Shown: positions 31,088 to 40,953 of the stretch, in pieces | How the letters are laid out: each line of letters begins with the position of its first letter | Position numbering within the stretch: position 1 is the stretch's first letter | IMG/VR virus record: IMGVR_UViG_3300027542_000004 | Coordinates: 1-64,000 of that record | DNA: 64,000 nt | Reading direction: 5' to 3' (one strand) | Source: a virus | Taxonomy: Duplodnaviria > Caudoviricetes | Made by a program: the position numbers and the translations under genes | Notes under the pieces: generated by a model | Database searches by the model: none | What the model was told of the DNA's origin: nothing | Seen by the model: only the letters and a program-made list of their open reading frames with translations

Positions 31088-31652
31088 ATGATACTCAAAC
31101 TTAAATATATCGGCGTTAACGACTGGAGCTATCGCGTGTATGAAGACCAGAATGGCCGTCGCTACGGCAATATAGAATTAGAAGATAGCAACGACATTAG
31201 CGCAATCTATCTCTTGACGGCTGACTACGAAGAGCCACTTTGCCCCATAACTGACTGCAAAGATTTGGAGGCGGTTGAAATCACGCACCGCGATGGCAGT
31301 GTAAACACAATCACAATCCCCAACAAATAAAATCCGAAAGCTATGGCAACAAGTCAGGAACTACCGGAATGGATGACCGAGGCGCAGATGGATGAACTTG
31401 CCGGCATCATCGACAATATCATCGGCGAGGGCGAAGAAGCCAACGCACCGCAATGGCGAATTGACAACGAGGTCAATAAAGCCACGGCGCGGTATATCGC
31501 CAAACATCACCCCAACGATTAAGCAGCAGAACCATGAGAACGATTAAATACAATAGCTTTGAAGAGGCATTTGCCGCGATGCTTGAATTTATCGACAAGG
31601 GAATCAAGTGCAAAGGCATCGGTCTGACAACCCTCGCTGTTTGGGATGACTG
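31088..31652 (+). CDS. Three small hypothetical ORFs (31088-31330, 31343-31522, 31534-31652)
   Basis: ATG ORFs with A/C-rich leaders. Confidence 0.5.
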
Positions 31653-31755
31653 ACGGAAAAAGACCTATTTACGACTTTGTGTAATAGGTCGTAAGAGAAC
31701 GACACCGAAATGTTTTGCGATGCGGAAATAACAGTAATTTAGCATCGTAAAACAT

Positions 31756-31828
31756 CGCGGGTTGGAGCAGTTGGAAGCTCGCCAGTTTAACTTGCTGGAG
31801 GTCGTCGGTTCGAGTCCGACACCCGCTA
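31756..31828 (+). tRNA. Initiator-like tRNA body with AAC anticodon (reads GUU)
   Basis: C1/U72 mismatch, GCGGGT/ACCCGC stem, A73, D stem GAGC/GCTC, anticodon arm CCAGT-TTAACTT-GCTGG, T arm GTCGG-TTCGAGT-CCGAC; CCA not encoded. Confidence 0.88.
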
Positions 31829-31856
31829 CAAATAAAATCACTTACAAACAAAATCA

Positions 31857-32228
31857 ATGAAAAAGTTAACCCTACAAATTGACAAAAAGTGCTTTCAGGC
31901 AATTCTGAAAGGCGAGCAGAAAGTCGAGCATCGGAACGTGTATCCCAATAACGCCAAGAAGTATGTCATCGAAGAAGACAAGACTGATGAAAACGGCGAA
32001 GCCATCACGGTTGTAACACCGGTTCACTACGATGCCCTCACCCTTATCAATGGTCGCCGCAAGGATGCGCCCCGTCTGACCGTGGAGGTCGTATCGGCTG
32101 AATTTGTCGTACTGACCGACGAAGACGGCAATGATTTGACCTTTGAAGAGAATGGCGAAGTGTACTATGTTTGTCAGGTATGGTACACCCTCGGAAAGGT
32201 TCTTGAAACCGCCAACATCAACGAATAA
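31857..32228 (+). CDS. ASCH/PUA-like domain protein
   Basis: LTLQI.K..F.AIL.G.QK.E.R motif. Confidence 0.7.
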   Translation: MKKLTLQIDKKCFQAILKGEQKVEHRNVYPNNAKKYVIEEDKTDENGEAITVVTPVHYDALTLINGRRKDAPRLTVEVVSAEFVVLTDEDGNDLTFEENGEVYYVCQVWYTLGKVLETANINE

Positions 32229-32255
32229 TCATTAACCCTTTAACACTATAAGTGA

Positions 32256-32456
32256 GTTAAACGTAGAATTGATAACAACTATGGCCCCCGTCGGAACATG
32301 AACGGTGCCGGTGTCGGTGGCCGACTCGTAGCCCGTCGCACCCCTGCGGGCGTAGTTGCTGGTCGTAGCCAGCTCGGAAATCGTGAACAGCGACGCGCTG
32401 ACCTCCGTGCGGCCTTTGCAAAAGAGATTCGCGCCGCTGGTGGAACAACCGGCTAA
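32256..32456 (+). CDS. 66 aa Arg/Gly-rich protein with proposed GTT start (absent from ORF track)
   Basis: TGA-GTT-AAA opens VKRRIDNNYGPRRNMNGAG...GGTTG*; fills the gap between ASCH and PAPS-reductase genes. Confidence 0.65.
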   Translation, partial: VKRRIDNNYGPRRNMNGAGVGGRLVARRTPAGVVAGRSQLGNREQRRADLRAAFAKEIRAAGGTTG

Positions 32457-32468
32457 CGCGACTTTTGC

Positions 32469-33230
32469 ATGAATAGGTACGAAGAAACTATGCAAATAAT
32501 CCGGGGTATCCGTCAACAGACGGATACTGCCGTTTTATTTTATTCAGCCGGTGGAAAAGATGGCATCGCGTTGCTTGATATGCTTTCGCCTATCTTCAAC
32601 AAGGTCATTTGCTATTATATGTGGCTTGTACCGGGTCTTGACCACGTGAAACCCTATCTTCATTGGGCGATAACGAAATACCCGAATGTTGAGATACGTC
32701 AGATTCAGCACTATCAGCGTGATTTCTATGACCGATACGGATTCTTTCAGGAGGGTGATGGCAATCCCGATATTAAGCCTCGCAAGGTAGGCGAAGTTGA
32801 GGAGATGGTGCGTCAGGAAACCGGCATAAAATGGGCTTTCAGTGGGATGAAAGGCGTAGATGGCTATATGAAACGGATGCGTCTTCTGACATTCAAGAAA
32901 CGGAATGGCACATATATCACTGATAAAGGCATGGTCTATCCGCTCGCGGTCTGGACTAACAAAGAAGTTTTGAAATACATAGAGATGCGGAATCTTATCA
33001 AGCCTTTCGTTTACAATCCGAAAGATGTAAGTCAGGGCTTCGGTGTCGATTTGCGCTCGCTCCTTATCCTGCGTCAACGCTTCCCACGCGATTATCAGCG
33101 AACCATACGCGAGTTCCCATTCTGCGAGAAATTGATTTTTGATTATGAAAACGGCATCCTGCCACATGGTCAGGAAAAGGAGGTCGCAGAAATAATCAAG
33201 CGCATTGAAAGAGAATCAGAAGCCGAATAG
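32469..33230 (+). CDS. PAPS reductase-family (PP-loop) protein
   Basis: SAGGKDG, G.K..D...R, YPL..WT..EV..Y. Confidence 0.8.
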   Translation: MNRYEETMQIIRGIRQQTDTAVLFYSAGGKDGIALLDMLSPIFNKVICYYMWLVPGLDHVKPYLHWAITKYPNVEIRQIQHYQRDFYDRYGFFQEGDGNPDIKPRKVGEVEEMVRQETGIKWAFSGMKGVDGYMKRMRLLTFKKRNGTYITDKGMVYPLAVWTNKEVLKYIEMRNLIKPFVYNPKDVSQGFGVDLRSLLILRQRFPRDYQRTIREFPFCEKLIFDYENGILPHGQEKEVAEIIKRIERESEAE

Positions 33231-33234
33231 AGAA

Positions 33235-34119
33235 ATGAAAGAAAATAAGATTAAACAGGCTGAGCAGCGCACGGTAAAAAGAAGCGAAATCAACTTCGCT
33301 TCCTACAATCCGCGTGTCATCAGTGATGATGCAAGAAAGAAGCTCAAGAAAAACTTGCAGACTGTCGGCTTGCTTGGCGGTGTGGTCTGGAACGAGCGCA
33401 CCGGCAACCTTGTATCAGGTCATCAGAAAGTCGGCATCATGGATGCGGTCAACCGCTATGATGCGGAAACGGGCAATAATGATTACGAATTTCGTGTTGA
33501 GGTCGTTGACTTTGACGATAAGACGGAAAAAGAGCAGAACCTCTTTATGAACAACCGAGCCGTGCAGGGTACATACGACGATGATATGCTGCGCGAGCTT
33601 CTTCAAGGAATAGACTATACCAATGCCGGCTTCGACGATACCGATATGCAGCTCCTCGGTCTTGGCGATTTCGGCGACTATGATATGGGCGACATGTTCG
33701 GCGACGATGGCGAAGATGCCACGGATGGCGGCGATGCTGACGCGCCGGGCGAACCCACGGAAAGCAAAGACTGGTCAAAGGGCGATGTTGTCGGCGAGCG
33801 TGAAGACCTTGCAATCCACGATGAAATGACAAAGGAAAGCGGCGAGAATCACAAGCTCGACCGCAGCGCGGATTTTTATCAGGATAGCGAGGCCAACCAG
33901 ATAGCCCGCCACAACGAAGTGCAGAAAATCAAAGACCGCATCGCAAGTCAGAACGACGTGAACAAGGACGGCGGCATGTTGTCCTATGTAGTCATCAGCT
34001 TCAAGACACCGAGCGAGAAAGTCCGCTTCATGGAAGATTACGGCTTCGACCCTATGGCCAAGTACATCAACGGCGAAGAATTTGTAAACAAATTGGAATT
34101 TGGCGATGATGAAGATTAA
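33235..34119 (+). CDS. ParB/Srx-like protein
   Basis: YNPR.I, VWN.RTG.LVSGHQ; acidic linker. Confidence 0.82.
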   Translation: MKENKIKQAEQRTVKRSEINFASYNPRVISDDARKKLKKNLQTVGLLGGVVWNERTGNLVSGHQKVGIMDAVNRYDAETGNNDYEFRVEVVDFDDKTEKEQNLFMNNRAVQGTYDDDMLRELLQGIDYTNAGFDDTDMQLLGLGDFGDYDMGDMFGDDGEDATDGGDADAPGEPTESKDWSKGDVVGEREDLAIHDEMTKESGENHKLDRSADFYQDSEANQIARHNEVQKIKDRIASQNDVNKDGGMLSYVVISFKTPSEKVRFMEDYGFDPMAKYINGEEFVNKLEFGDDED

Positions 34120-34212
34120 CGCAAAAATTTAACTTTATTCTTTAATTTAGTATTGCGCAATTAAAGAATTTTGTTTAACTTTGCATATTATACAGACACT
34201 GACAACAGAGAT

Positions 34213-34668
34213 ATGAACTACCGATTTTTAAGCAGCATAACCGACGCGGAGGTTGCGGATTTTCGCAACAGGCTCGCGGCTGAACTGGCGACACGCATGA
34301 CCGGCGACGGCAAGCGTGTTATCAGTGACGAGGCCATCGGGCAGGAGGTCAACCTTAACATCTCCACGGAAGATGCGAAGAAATATCTGCAAAGCAACGA
34401 CGCGGAGAATTATGACTACGCGCAGCTTGCAGACGTTATCGCGGCCAAGTACCGCACATTCAGCGATGAAGACATCATGGCCACGCGCAAGGCGATGGTC
34501 GATAAATTCATGGCTCTTGCCGATGAGTATGGCTGGGATAAAGAACAGGCACGACGCGATGCCAAAAAGGAGTTTTACGACAACCTTTCTGACGGAACTA
34601 TCCTTGAACTTCTGCGCAATGGCGAGTCGATTGAGGATTATGTCGAATATGTAAGTATTTACGACTGA
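34213..34668 (+). CDS. Acidic hypothetical protein
   Basis: ORF after TAACTTTG promoter at ~34177. Confidence 0.65.
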   Translation: MNYRFLSSITDAEVADFRNRLAAELATRMTGDGKRVISDEAIGQEVNLNISTEDAKKYLQSNDAENYDYAQLADVIAAKYRTFSDEDIMATRKAMVDKFMALADEYGWDKEQARRDAKKEFYDNLSDGTILELLRNGESIEDYVEYVSIYD

Positions 34669-34674
34669 TAGCGA

Positions 34675-35370
34675 GTTAAAAAGCCACGTAAGACAGATTA
34701 TAACGCGAGAGTCACAAAGGCACTCAAGGGAAAGGGCGTACCTCACCTTGAAGAGCCGATGTACCGCGTATCCGCGTCGGCTTTTACAAAGGCTATAAGA
34801 CGCGGCAAGGCATCGCAAGGCAGGAACGGCTGGATGGTTGACCTGCATAGCAAAAGCGAATACAAGCGGATGCGATGCTTTCTTACTCCGGACGGAAAGA
34901 CAGGTGTAGCGATAAAACGCGATGGGGATGTAGTGTCTGTATTCTCCACCAGCGGAAAACGAGGCGCAATGGCAAAAATCATACCGTTTGCGGTCGCTAA
35001 TGGTGGTCGCAAACTGGATTGTTATGCTTTCTCGGATGGCCGCAGTTCACTTCACAACATGTACGGAAGATTCGGCGCAAAGGCTCACGGCAAAATGACC
35101 TTTGACCCGCAATATAATCCTGTTTTCCAACGCACGGCGCAGGCCAATCCCGGTATGCGCAGACCCTCTCATGTCGTGGCGATGACGCTGCCGGGCAGTC
35201 TTGCCGGTGTCATGCGGGCTTACAACGCTGACAGGAAGATTGACCTTGGGCGCGTGAGGTCGTATAATGATTACGACAAGATGATGGATGACTTTCCGCG
35301 CATCTTGCACTACGCGGAAAGTCAAGCGGTGTCAGAGGCGCACTTGGCGGCGGTAAATAACCAACCCTAA
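34675..35370 (+). CDS. Basic protein with GNAT-like domain; proposed GTT start (ORF track starts at ATG 34759)
   Basis: TAG-CGA-GTT-AAA adds 28 in-frame codons; DGDVVSVF...GG.KLDC...Y.RFG resembles a GNAT fold. Confidence 0.65.
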   Translation, partial: VKKPRKTDYNARVTKALKGKGVPHLEEPMYRVSASAFTKAIRRGKASQGRNGWMVDLHSKSEYKRMRCFLTPDGKTGVAIKRDGDVVSVFSTSGKRGAMAKIIPFAVANGGRKLDCYAFSDGRSSLHNMYGRFGAKAHGKMTFDPQYNPVFQRTAQANPGMRRPSHVVAMTLPGSLAGVMRAYNADRKIDLGRVRSYNDYDKMMDDFPRILHYAESQAVSEAHLAAVNNQP

Positions 35371-35382
35371 CACTACAAGAAT

Positions 35383-35976
35383 ATGGCAAAGATTGAAGAA
35401 ATCATCCCGTTCATCCTTTACTTTGAAGCCGGCGTAAACAAACGCTATCTTTCACTTCCTCCCGAACAGATATTTGAGCAGGCGAAAAAGACGGGCTTCG
35501 CAAATGACCCCGACGATGCCGGCGGCGCGACCATGTGCGGTATCACGATAGCGACCTACAAGGCGTACTGCAAGCGGAAAGGCTATCCCGTACCTACGGT
35601 GTTCAGCCTGCGTAACATCACATACAAGCGTTGGCGCGACGTACTCAAGACGCTTTTCTGGGACAGATGGAAAGCCGATGAAATCAAAAGCCAAGCCCTT
35701 GCGAACAACCTCGTCGATTGGGTGTGGGCAAGCGGCGTGAACGGCATCAAGATACCGCAGAGGCTTCTCGGCGTGACACAGGACGGAATTGTCGGCCCAA
35801 AGACGATAGCCGCAGTCAACGCAGCCAACGAAGCGGAACTATTCACGAAGATTTACGAAGCCCGCATCAATTTCGTGGATGGCATCGTGCGCAGAAAGCC
35901 GAGCCAGAAGAAATTCATCAAGGGCTGGAAACGACGTATCAACGCAATCACCCTATCCGGGCTGAAATTCACATGA
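35383..35976 (+). CDS. Endolysin, glycoside hydrolase 108 with peptidoglycan-binding domain
   Basis: E...GFANDPDD.GGAT..GIT, DGIVGPKT, KF.KGW..R. Confidence 0.9.
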   Translation: MAKIEEIIPFILYFEAGVNKRYLSLPPEQIFEQAKKTGFANDPDDAGGATMCGITIATYKAYCKRKGYPVPTVFSLRNITYKRWRDVLKTLFWDRWKADEIKSQALANNLVDWVWASGVNGIKIPQRLLGVTQDGIVGPKTIAAVNAANEAELFTKIYEARINFVDGIVRRKPSQKKFIKGWKRRINAITLSGLKFT

Positions 35977-36251
35977 TGACTTTACGCAAGAAATCCATAG
36001 ATGACATTTACCGACAAGCTCAGTCAATCAAGGTTGAGCTTGCTGGTGGATGTCATTCCAACTGGGTATCATTGATTGATAAAATCTTATATCGCTATAT
36101 TGACAATATTAAAAAATCAGCGGCATACCTACATTGCAAAATAGCCAACCATAGCAGAGAATTAAACTTCAGCGCAGCCGACTTTATCAGGATTAGGAAT
36201 ATTGCTAATAGCCTACAAGTTTATTCCCCGGTTTACATGGGTCTGATATAA
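35973..36251 (+). CDS. Hypothetical protein
   Basis: Coupled ORF (ATGA overlap). Confidence 0.55.
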   Translation: MMTLRKKSIDDIYRQAQSIKVELAGGCHSNWVSLIDKILYRYIDNIKKSAAYLHCKIANHSRELNFSAADFIRIRNIANSLQVYSPVYMGLI

Positions 36252-36263
36252 TCCAATACGACG

Positions 36264-36935
36264 ATGCCGAAGAAGCGAATTAGTAGCAAAACACCGCGCA
36301 AGCCCAAAGCCACACCCTCGTTTGATTACGAGAGTGAGGAATTTTTGTCGCAGGTCGATGCGCTTGCTTTTGAGGGCTTTTACAATACGGAAATTGCTGA
36401 CGAACTGAACATTAGCCGATACGAGTTGGAAATGGCGATTTCACAATGCGAAAAATTGCGCAACACGATAGCGTCTGCACGCGAGCGTGCGCGTGCGCGA
36501 GGCGCAGAAATGCCATCCCCGGCAATGTTTGCAAAAGTCTGGGCGAAGTGCAAGGGAAAGCGCACTCAGCTGATGAAAGAATTTGGAATCGGCTGGACGA
36601 AGCTGCAATCGTGGTTAGCGCAAGAGCCTATTTTCGTCGATATTATGGCGGAACGCGACCTTGAATTTCTGGAACAGATAGACACCGCCAGTCGCATACT
36701 TGCGTTGGGCGGCGTAAAAGGAAAGGATGAATTTAAGGGCTGGAGTCGCTACCCTGACAGTTGGATGATACGCTACCATCTGAATACGCTTGGAAGACGC
36801 TACGGCTATGGCGAGAATCCCATACAGCCGGAAGTCGCCGATGACACTATTCCAAAGGATATTGAACAGGGTATCGACATTGATAGCTGGATTCGTCAAG
36901 AAGTGGAACAAAAGAAACGGGATAAAGAAGAATGA
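36264..36935 (+). CDS. Probable terminase small subunit
   Basis: HTH-like segments; coupled to TerL. Confidence 0.65.
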   Translation: MPKKRISSKTPRKPKATPSFDYESEEFLSQVDALAFEGFYNTEIADELNISRYELEMAISQCEKLRNTIASARERARARGAEMPSPAMFAKVWAKCKGKRTQLMKEFGIGWTKLQSWLAQEPIFVDIMAERDLEFLEQIDTASRILALGGVKGKDEFKGWSRYPDSWMIRYHLNTLGRRYGYGENPIQPEVADDTIPKDIEQGIDIDSWIRQEVEQKKRDKEE

Positions 36936-38230
36936 TTATCAACCATGAGATATATTACCCCCTTTATACTGACAAGGAACATTTCATCATCCTTGTCACG
37001 GGCGGTCGTGGCTCCGGTAAATCATTCGGAATCGGCGGTTTCTTGGAACGCCTATCATTTGAACTGAAACGCAAAGGTCTATCAAAAGCGGAATCGGACA
37101 AGATTGTGCATAAAATCCTCTATACGCGCTACACTATGACCAGTGCGAACATTTCCATTATACCTGAATTTTTGGAAAAGATAGAGCTTGACGGCACGAC
37201 CCGGTACTTCCATACGACCAAAACCGACATCATAAACAAGATGACCGGTAGCCGTATTATGTTCCGTGGCATCAAAACATCATCCGGCAATCAGACCGCA
37301 AAGCTGAAATCCATCCACGGCATCACAACCTTTGTGTGCGACGAGGCCGAGGAGTGGACTTCCGATAGGGAATTTGAAACAATCGCCTTTTCAATCCGTC
37401 AGGTTGGAATCCAGAACAGGATTATCATCATTATGAACCCTACGGATAGCAACCACTTCATCTATCAGAAATACATCAAGGACACGCACAGGATAGAATA
37501 CTTTGACGGAGTGCCGGTGCAGATTTCCACACATCCGCAAGTGCTTCATATCCATACGACGTATCTTGACAACAAGGAAAATCTTTCGGAAGAATTTATC
37601 AGGTCAGCCCAAGAAATGAAAGAGCGCGACCCGGAACGCTACGGCCACATCTTCATGGGTAGATGGGCAGACGTAGCCGAGGGTGCGGTCTTCAAGAAAT
37701 GGGGTATCGTCAGCGAGTTTCCAAAGAACTGCAAGCATGTGGCTCGCGGTCTGGACTTCGGATATTCCAACGATGTCAGCGCATGTGTAAAATGCGGCGT
37801 AGTAGGTAATGACCTATACATCGACGAGCAGATTTTTGAAACCGGACTACTTTCCAAAGACCTCATAAGGAAATTAAGCGAGGATGACTCGTTTGTCTTC
37901 GCCGACAGTGCCGACCCGCGACTGATTGATGAAATCGGGCTGGGTGGTGTAATCATCTACCCTGTGGCGAAGCCAGCCGGAAGCATCATTGCCGGTATTG
38001 AAAAGATGAAATCCTTTGACAACATCTTTGTCACGAAGCGGTCATTGAACGTGCAGGAAGAATTGCGCAACTATGTGTGGGCAAAAGACAAGGATGGCAA
38101 CTACATCAACATGCCGGAAGATGCCAACAACCACTCCATCGACGCGACCCGGTATTACGTGCTTGGCTGCATCCTCGGCAAGATTCTCAAGCCGAAGAAA
38201 GTCAAGAAATCAGATTTAGGAATATTCTAA
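36932..38230 (+). CDS. terL: Terminase large subunit (PBSX-type)
   Basis: GGRGSGKS, DEAEE, NP, GLDFGY, ADSA, NH.IDA.RY. Confidence 0.95.
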   Translation: MIINHEIYYPLYTDKEHFIILVTGGRGSGKSFGIGGFLERLSFELKRKGLSKAESDKIVHKILYTRYTMTSANISIIPEFLEKIELDGTTRYFHTTKTDIINKMTGSRIMFRGIKTSSGNQTAKLKSIHGITTFVCDEAEEWTSDREFETIAFSIRQVGIQNRIIIIMNPTDSNHFIYQKYIKDTHRIEYFDGVPVQISTHPQVLHIHTTYLDNKENLSEEFIRSAQEMKERDPERYGHIFMGRWADVAEGAVFKKWGIVSEFPKNCKHVARGLDFGYSNDVSACVKCGVVGNDLYIDEQIFETGLLSKDLIRKLSEDDSFVFADSADPRLIDEIGLGGVIIYPVAKPAGSIIAGIEKMKSFDNIFVTKRSLNVQEELRNYVWAKDKDGNYINMPEDANNHSIDATRYYVLGCILGKILKPKKVKKSDLGIF

Positions 38231-38241
38231 CAACGCCAGAT

Positions 38242-39699
38242 ATGAATAACTACTTACAGCAAATCTTAACCTATTTCCGCAACCTCACGCTAAATGCGTC
38301 CGGGGTTAGCCGCGACCTGTATCAGCTTTTGCAGGATAAGGACATCAGCCGCGCATTGGATATGCTCCAGAACCGCGATGATGAAGTTGACCAAGCAATC
38401 AAGGAGTATAATCCGCAGACGCATGACGTGATGAAACGCCCCAACAAATTCCGTAAAGGCGATGACCCCTATATCACGGAAAAGTTGCCACGCACACGCG
38501 CCCGCTACATCAACGACATCGAGCTATTCTTCTTGCTCGGCAATCCTATTGAATGGAAGAAAGAAGAGGGCGACGATGAAGCCTTTTCGCTATTCACAGA
38601 TTTTCTGGAAGAGCAGCACTTCAATTCACGCATCCGTCAGGCGAAACGACTTGCCGGCGCGGAAACCGAGTCAGCCCTTATCGCGCACATCTACCGCGAT
38701 GATGATACAGGCGAGCGTCGCGTCAAGCTGAATGTATTGGCGCGTTCCAAAGGCTATCGCCTGCGCCCACTGTTCGACACCATCGGCAACATGACCGCCT
38801 TTGCATACGGATACGTGACGAAAGAACATGGCCGCAGTATTCAGCACTGGGATTTCCAAACACCCAAAATCCTTGCTTACTGCCGTAAGGCGCAAATCGG
38901 ATGGGAAATCGAAATCTATCCCAATCCCACCGGCAAGATAAACGTCATCTACTTTCAGCAGCCAAAGGCATGGGATGGCGCGGAAGCCCGCATCAACCGC
39001 GAGGAGATGCTTGACAGTAAGACCGGCGACACCAACAATTACTTTTCCGACCCCATCGCCGCCGCCACTGCCGACGTCATTCAGACCATGACCGACCCCA
39101 ACAAGCCCGGAAAGCTCATTCAGCTTACAGGCGAAAAGTCAAGGTTTGAGTACGTCAACCCACCGCAGGCATCGCAGACACGCGACGCGGAAAAATCCGA
39201 CCTTTCAAAGAGCATCCTTTTTGATACCTACACCCCGGATTTTGACACCGAGGCCATGCGTGGCTTCGGCACGCTTTCCGGTGTGGCAATCCGCAACGCT
39301 TTCATTCTTGGCTACATCAAGCGCGACAACCGCAAAGAAATCTACGATGAACTTGTGGGCCGTTTCCGCAATATCGTTATCGCCATACTTGCATACGAGC
39401 ATCCCGATAAGAGAAAAGCTCTGGAGTCACTCAAAATCAAATTTGAATTTGCGGAACCATTCGCCGATGACAAGCAGGCGAAGTGGCAGTCCATCGCAAG
39501 CCTGTATCAAGCCGGTCTGATTTCGTTGGAAACCGCCGTGACCATGTTGTCGCTGACCGATGCACCAGAAGAAGAAATCGCTCGCCTCCTCGCGGCTTCC
39601 GCACAGAAGCAACAGCAGGGTCAGCAGCCTTCCGCAAACAAAGAAGACAATCCGGCACAACCCCCTGTAAATATTCCGCGAGAACCTATATCAGCATAA
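38242..39699 (+). CDS. Portal protein (SPP1-like)
   Basis: Follows TerL; 485 aa; LSGVA and G.ISLETA motifs. Confidence 0.85.
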   Translation: MNNYLQQILTYFRNLTLNASGVSRDLYQLLQDKDISRALDMLQNRDDEVDQAIKEYNPQTHDVMKRPNKFRKGDDPYITEKLPRTRARYINDIELFFLLGNPIEWKKEEGDDEAFSLFTDFLEEQHFNSRIRQAKRLAGAETESALIAHIYRDDDTGERRVKLNVLARSKGYRLRPLFDTIGNMTAFAYGYVTKEHGRSIQHWDFQTPKILAYCRKAQIGWEIEIYPNPTGKINVIYFQQPKAWDGAEARINREEMLDSKTGDTNNYFSDPIAAATADVIQTMTDPNKPGKLIQLTGEKSRFEYVNPPQASQTRDAEKSDLSKSILFDTYTPDFDTEAMRGFGTLSGVAIRNAFILGYIKRDNRKEIYDELVGRFRNIVIAILAYEHPDKRKALESLKIKFEFAEPFADDKQAKWQSIASLYQAGLISLETAVTMLSLTDAPEEEIARLLAASAQKQQQGQQPSANKEDNPAQPPVNIPREPISA

Positions 39700-39854
39700 T
39701 ATCTGCCATTGTTGTCATATCTGGATGCGTCACGTCTGAGTTAAAGGCGTGGCGCATTGTTTTACGCTATCAGCGCAAAATCAGCGCGTTAAAGCAAACA
39801 CTTTTATTAACAATAGTTAAAAGTAAGTATTTACTTTAATATTTTCGCTAAAAT

Positions 39855-39925
39855 ATTTGGTGGATAAAAGTAAAAGCATTAACTTTGCATCGTAATCAAT
39901 AACAAACCCCAATAAGTAAGAAGTT
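39855..39925 (+). promoter_or_regulatory. Repeated promoter cassette, copy 2
   Basis: ATTTGGTGGAT...TAACTTTGCATCGTAATCAATAAC. Confidence 0.75.
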
Positions 39926-40189
39926 ATGAAACTTAAAGACAATGGCCAAATCGCAATCGACTCGGCAGACATACTGAAACAGAATCGCTATCGTTTTGAA
40001 ATCGATACAGAAGACATCGTGATGGGCTTCGCTAAAACGATGAAAACGACAACGCGCAACGTTCAAAAAGCAATCAACATGATTAAAAAGGTGTGCAACG
40101 ACTGCGGCACTTTCATCTCGCCCAGTGTGCGCATTGTAAGCGTCAGAATGTATCAGAACAACGAACTCGTTAAATCCCTTAACGCTTAA
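39926..40189 (+). CDS. Hypothetical protein
   Basis: First ORF after promoter. Confidence 0.65.
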   Translation: MKLKDNGQIAIDSADILKQNRYRFEIDTEDIVMGFAKTMKTTTRNVQKAINMIKKVCNDCGTFISPSVRIVSVRMYQNNELVKSLNA

Positions 40190-40194
40190 TCAGT

Positions 40195-40419
40195 ATGGCA
40201 AGAAAACACGACTACATGCTATTAGGTCGCCTTTTGTGCGACTGCAAGTATTATCTTGGCAACGGCAATCGTAAGGCCAAACATCTATGGGCTGGCGACG
40301 AGCAAGAGCAGATAGATAAGATGCGCGAGCTATGGGATGCAATGCCGGCAGACGGCAAACCAGAATGGCTCACAAGAGAACAGATTGACAACTACGCCAA
40401 ACAGATGGGCGTTAAATGA
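40195..40419 (+). CDS. LPD11 (large polyvalent protein domain 11) protein
   Basis: LL.RL..DC.YYLGNG.R..KHLWAG....QI.KMRELW...KPEWLT. Confidence 0.75.
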   Translation: MARKHDYMLLGRLLCDCKYYLGNGNRKAKHLWAGDEQEQIDKMRELWDAMPADGKPEWLTREQIDNYAKQMGVK

Positions 40420-40421
40420 TA

Positions 40422-40934
40422 TGGCTATGGCAAAAGCAAAATACAACCTCGTTACAACGACAAGAACAACCGCCGGCGCGGAGTCGCAGTACGTCAACCC
40501 GCTTGGCTCGGTTGAAACCGACGGAATGGAAGATGTTATCCTTGCATGGTGCATCATCGACTATTCAAATGCCCTTATGAAGAAGCTCAGGAGTGAGGGC
40601 TACAAGGTCGCCAATGTTGAAGACTATCAAGATTTTCAATGGCGCAAAATTACCCTGTCTGACGGCACGACAATGACCATAACCACTCAAGCAGCGTAAT
40701 ATGTTAGCCACGGATAAGCAAATCAACTATCTGCAACAGTTAGCGGATAAGGTAGAGCGGATGCACAAGGCGCACCCCGGCGCGGTCAAGTGCAAAACCC
40801 CATACATCGACTGGCATACGGAACGACACAAGGGCGTGACAACACTGGATGCCTCAATCAGAATCAAGGCATACAAAACCATAATTCGGGAAACCAATTT
40901 TGCTTTCATGCTTCTTGGTTTCGCCCAGATGTAA
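40422..40934 (+). CDS. Two small hypothetical ORFs (40422-40699, 40701-40934)
   Basis: Packed ORFs; second has ATDKQI.YL motif. Confidence 0.55.
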
Positions 40935-40953
40935 CCCCAAAGAACAACGAACA

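Noticed and set aside
31756-31828. Ordinary elongator tRNA-Val or suppressor tRNA (TTA/TAA reading)
   Set aside because: The 7-nt loop centres on AAC. The 1:72 mismatch and A11-U24 fit an initiator body. Genes here end normally at TAA/TAG/TGA, so there is no sign of genome-wide stop recoding.
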